Assembly (NCBI GenBank): GCA_013265495.1
Contig: MU058337.1
Coordinates: 870,001 to 934,000 of the forward strand
Reading direction: 5' to 3'
From: Vicugna vicugna
Taxonomy: Eukaryota
DNA length: 64,000 bases
The notes under the pieces are model-generated. The model was not told the DNA's origin. It did no database searches and saw nothing but the letters and a program-made list of their open reading frames with translations. A program made the position numbers and the translations under genes. Positions within the stretch are counted from its first letter, which is position 1. Each line of letters starts with the position of its first letter. This document shows positions 61,971 through 64,000 of this stretch, one piece after another.

Positions 61971-64000
61971 GTGCTGTGCTGTGATGCATTGACCATCTCC
62001 AATCCCTGGATACTTTTCCAAACTCTTTTCTCCATGCAAATCTTTCAGCTCTCAGATCTTGACTTTGTCACAGAGGAAATAACTGTAACAATAGCCTCAA
62101 AGAGCGTTCGCAGGATCAAGGGAGAGAAAGGACATGCACATTAAGGGATGGGGTCCCGAGCACGATGCGGGGGCAAGGTGCCTGTCTCTCCTCCTTTGTC
62201 AGTGTTAACTGTGCTCAGCAAATACCTCACACATCAGCAAACCCGTAGTTAAGTGAGGAGTCCCCAGGTGCATCTCAACCCTCACAAGGATTCAGATACA
62301 CGAGAATTTAAAAAGAGGTTACAGTTGAAAGCAATACAGATACAACACAGCAAATTTTTGTTCTGTTGCAAAGCATTCGCCCTTTCATTAAGTTTGAAAG
62401 AAATAATACAATTGTGAATTTCCGTATTACACTGCAGTCTGAGAGAGGGACACTCCTGTCTAGCATTTTAAAGGACCAGCCCTAGGCTTTCTGATCTAAC
62501 AGAACAAACTTCTGCCCATTCAGATACTTACATTTTCCGAGGTGTGAGCCACACCACAAGGGGTGCCCTGCACGTCATGGGCCTTTTCTTCTAACATGTC
62601 TTCATAGTTAACAAAAGGAAATGTTTCATTTCCAGGATGACCTAATATTTGGTTAAAAAGAAAGAGCAATGCTAGTTTCTTTTCCTTTCATTGATCATTA
62701 TGCATGAATGCGTTTATGTTGATCAGAAACAGCTGCTCTAAAGGTGTTCTTACTTTTCTATCTTGATCTGTTGTCATTGTTAAGCAGAGTAAGGGGGAAG
62801 AAGACGGCTTGGAGACCCTTCAGATCAAGCTCAGTTAGCCACCTAAAGTTATGAGCTCCATTCCAGGGGTCTAGCTTGAATCAGACTGTTGGGAAAGCAG
62901 TGTCAACCTGTGTACAGCAATAGGTTATTTTTGGGATAGTTTCATAATAATAAAAAAAAAAAAACCTCTTGCTGATAATGGGCTCTACTCAGTTTTGTGC
63001 TACGTGAAATTCATGTTCAGGGGCATTAATGCAGAAGAGTCAGCTGAGGCCTGGCTGGATGCTGGTGTGTGATGAGTTGTCCCAGCCTGGCCTCCTGGCA
63101 GTACGTTAGAAAATAGAGATTGTGCTCTTCTCCACGCGACTTTAACAAATGACTTTATAACCTCGGTGGCTGCTGAGCTAATCGCAACCAGCAAATAAAA
63201 TATAGGTAAGAATTCAATTATTTTAGTGTTTGTGTCATGAAGGTTCTAAAATACAATTTTCCCATTCATGAATTTACTAGACTTTAAATACTCATAAGAC
63301 ACTAAGTTTGCAAGGAAGAGGAAGACTATGTGAAAAAGCCATCACCACCCCTCGTCCTCGCCACCACCGCTGAGCTCTGCCACGCAAACTTGCCGGTTTA
63401 CCTGAAAGACGCATTTTCTACAACTGAAAAAAATTAGTTAAAATTTGAAAAGACATCGTTTATAAACCTGAAAAAAAACTTGTTAAACTCTGGAAGGATA
63501 TCTTTATTACTTAAGTAAAAACGAGGATACTATAGTTGGTCAAGAAGAAAAACAAATGAGTGTAACTGGCCTGAGGTTAAAAGACAATCAATTACATTTT
63601 AAGTGGCTGTAGATCTTGAGATAGCCGTGAAGGAGTCACAAACATACCTCACGGTTGGGATTTTAAAATTACTTTTAAAGTGGTGGGAAATTAAAAGGAG
63701 ATGCTCAGTTGTAGATGAAGATAAGAAAAGGTCATTGCTCTGTGAGATTTAATAGGGCGTCAGCGAGCACCCTCCAGCACTTTCTGGAGACTTGTGAAAA
63801 TTGGTTATGGCTTCAAAGCGCTTGCTCAGTTTTACTGGAACTACATGTAATGTGGGAGATACAGGGCTGTTGTCTTAGTGACAGGTCCCGATAGAAGCTT
63901 CCAGGCATCATTTAGTGCAAAATCTTGAGGAACTGACCGTTCTCAGAGAGCCAAGGCCACTGGTTTTAATTTCCAGGAGATTTACGAGCATATTGTCTTA

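Noticed and set aside
1..64000. The ORF track as protein-coding genes
   Set aside because: All ORFs are at most 157 aa, many start at non-ATG codons or lie in TEs or GC patches, and none resembles a protein I recognise. This is what chance gives in mammalian non-coding DNA.
1..64000. CRISPR array, operon, prophage, tRNA/rRNA/snRNA/miRNA or non-retroviral endogenous virus
   Set aside because: No repeat-spacer array, no gene-dense architecture and no RNA gene or viral sequence I could recognise. A divergent ncRNA cannot be excluded without an Infernal/Rfam search.

Overview
This is AT-rich mammalian non-coding DNA, either a large intron or intergenic sequence. I could not recognise any protein-coding exon, RNA gene, CRISPR array or prokaryotic/viral system, and the ORF track looks like chance ORFs. 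The window is a mosaic of ancient eutherian repeats (MIR, L2, L1M, MLT1/MaLR LTRs, MER5A, hAT fossils) plus a few younger L1 3' ends. Those L1 ends, with no Alu/B1/Bov-tA/CHR/PRE-1/Can-SINE seen, suggest an artiodactyl, probably a camelid (inference). Best-supported structures: (i) a ~1.2 kb Blackjack-type hAT fossil on the minus strand whose decayed transposase C-terminal half is still readable (missed by the ORF track); (ii) an MLT1A-type LTR nested in an MLT1B-type LTR; (iii) a bipartite CpG-island-like region at ~31.6-33.3 kb; (iv) local AT-to-GC-shifted patches inside old repeats, consistent with GC-biased gene conversion or hypomethylation. I found no convincing previously undescribed system. 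Repeat family names come from recalled consensus sequences, and boundaries are approximate unless a TSD is quoted.
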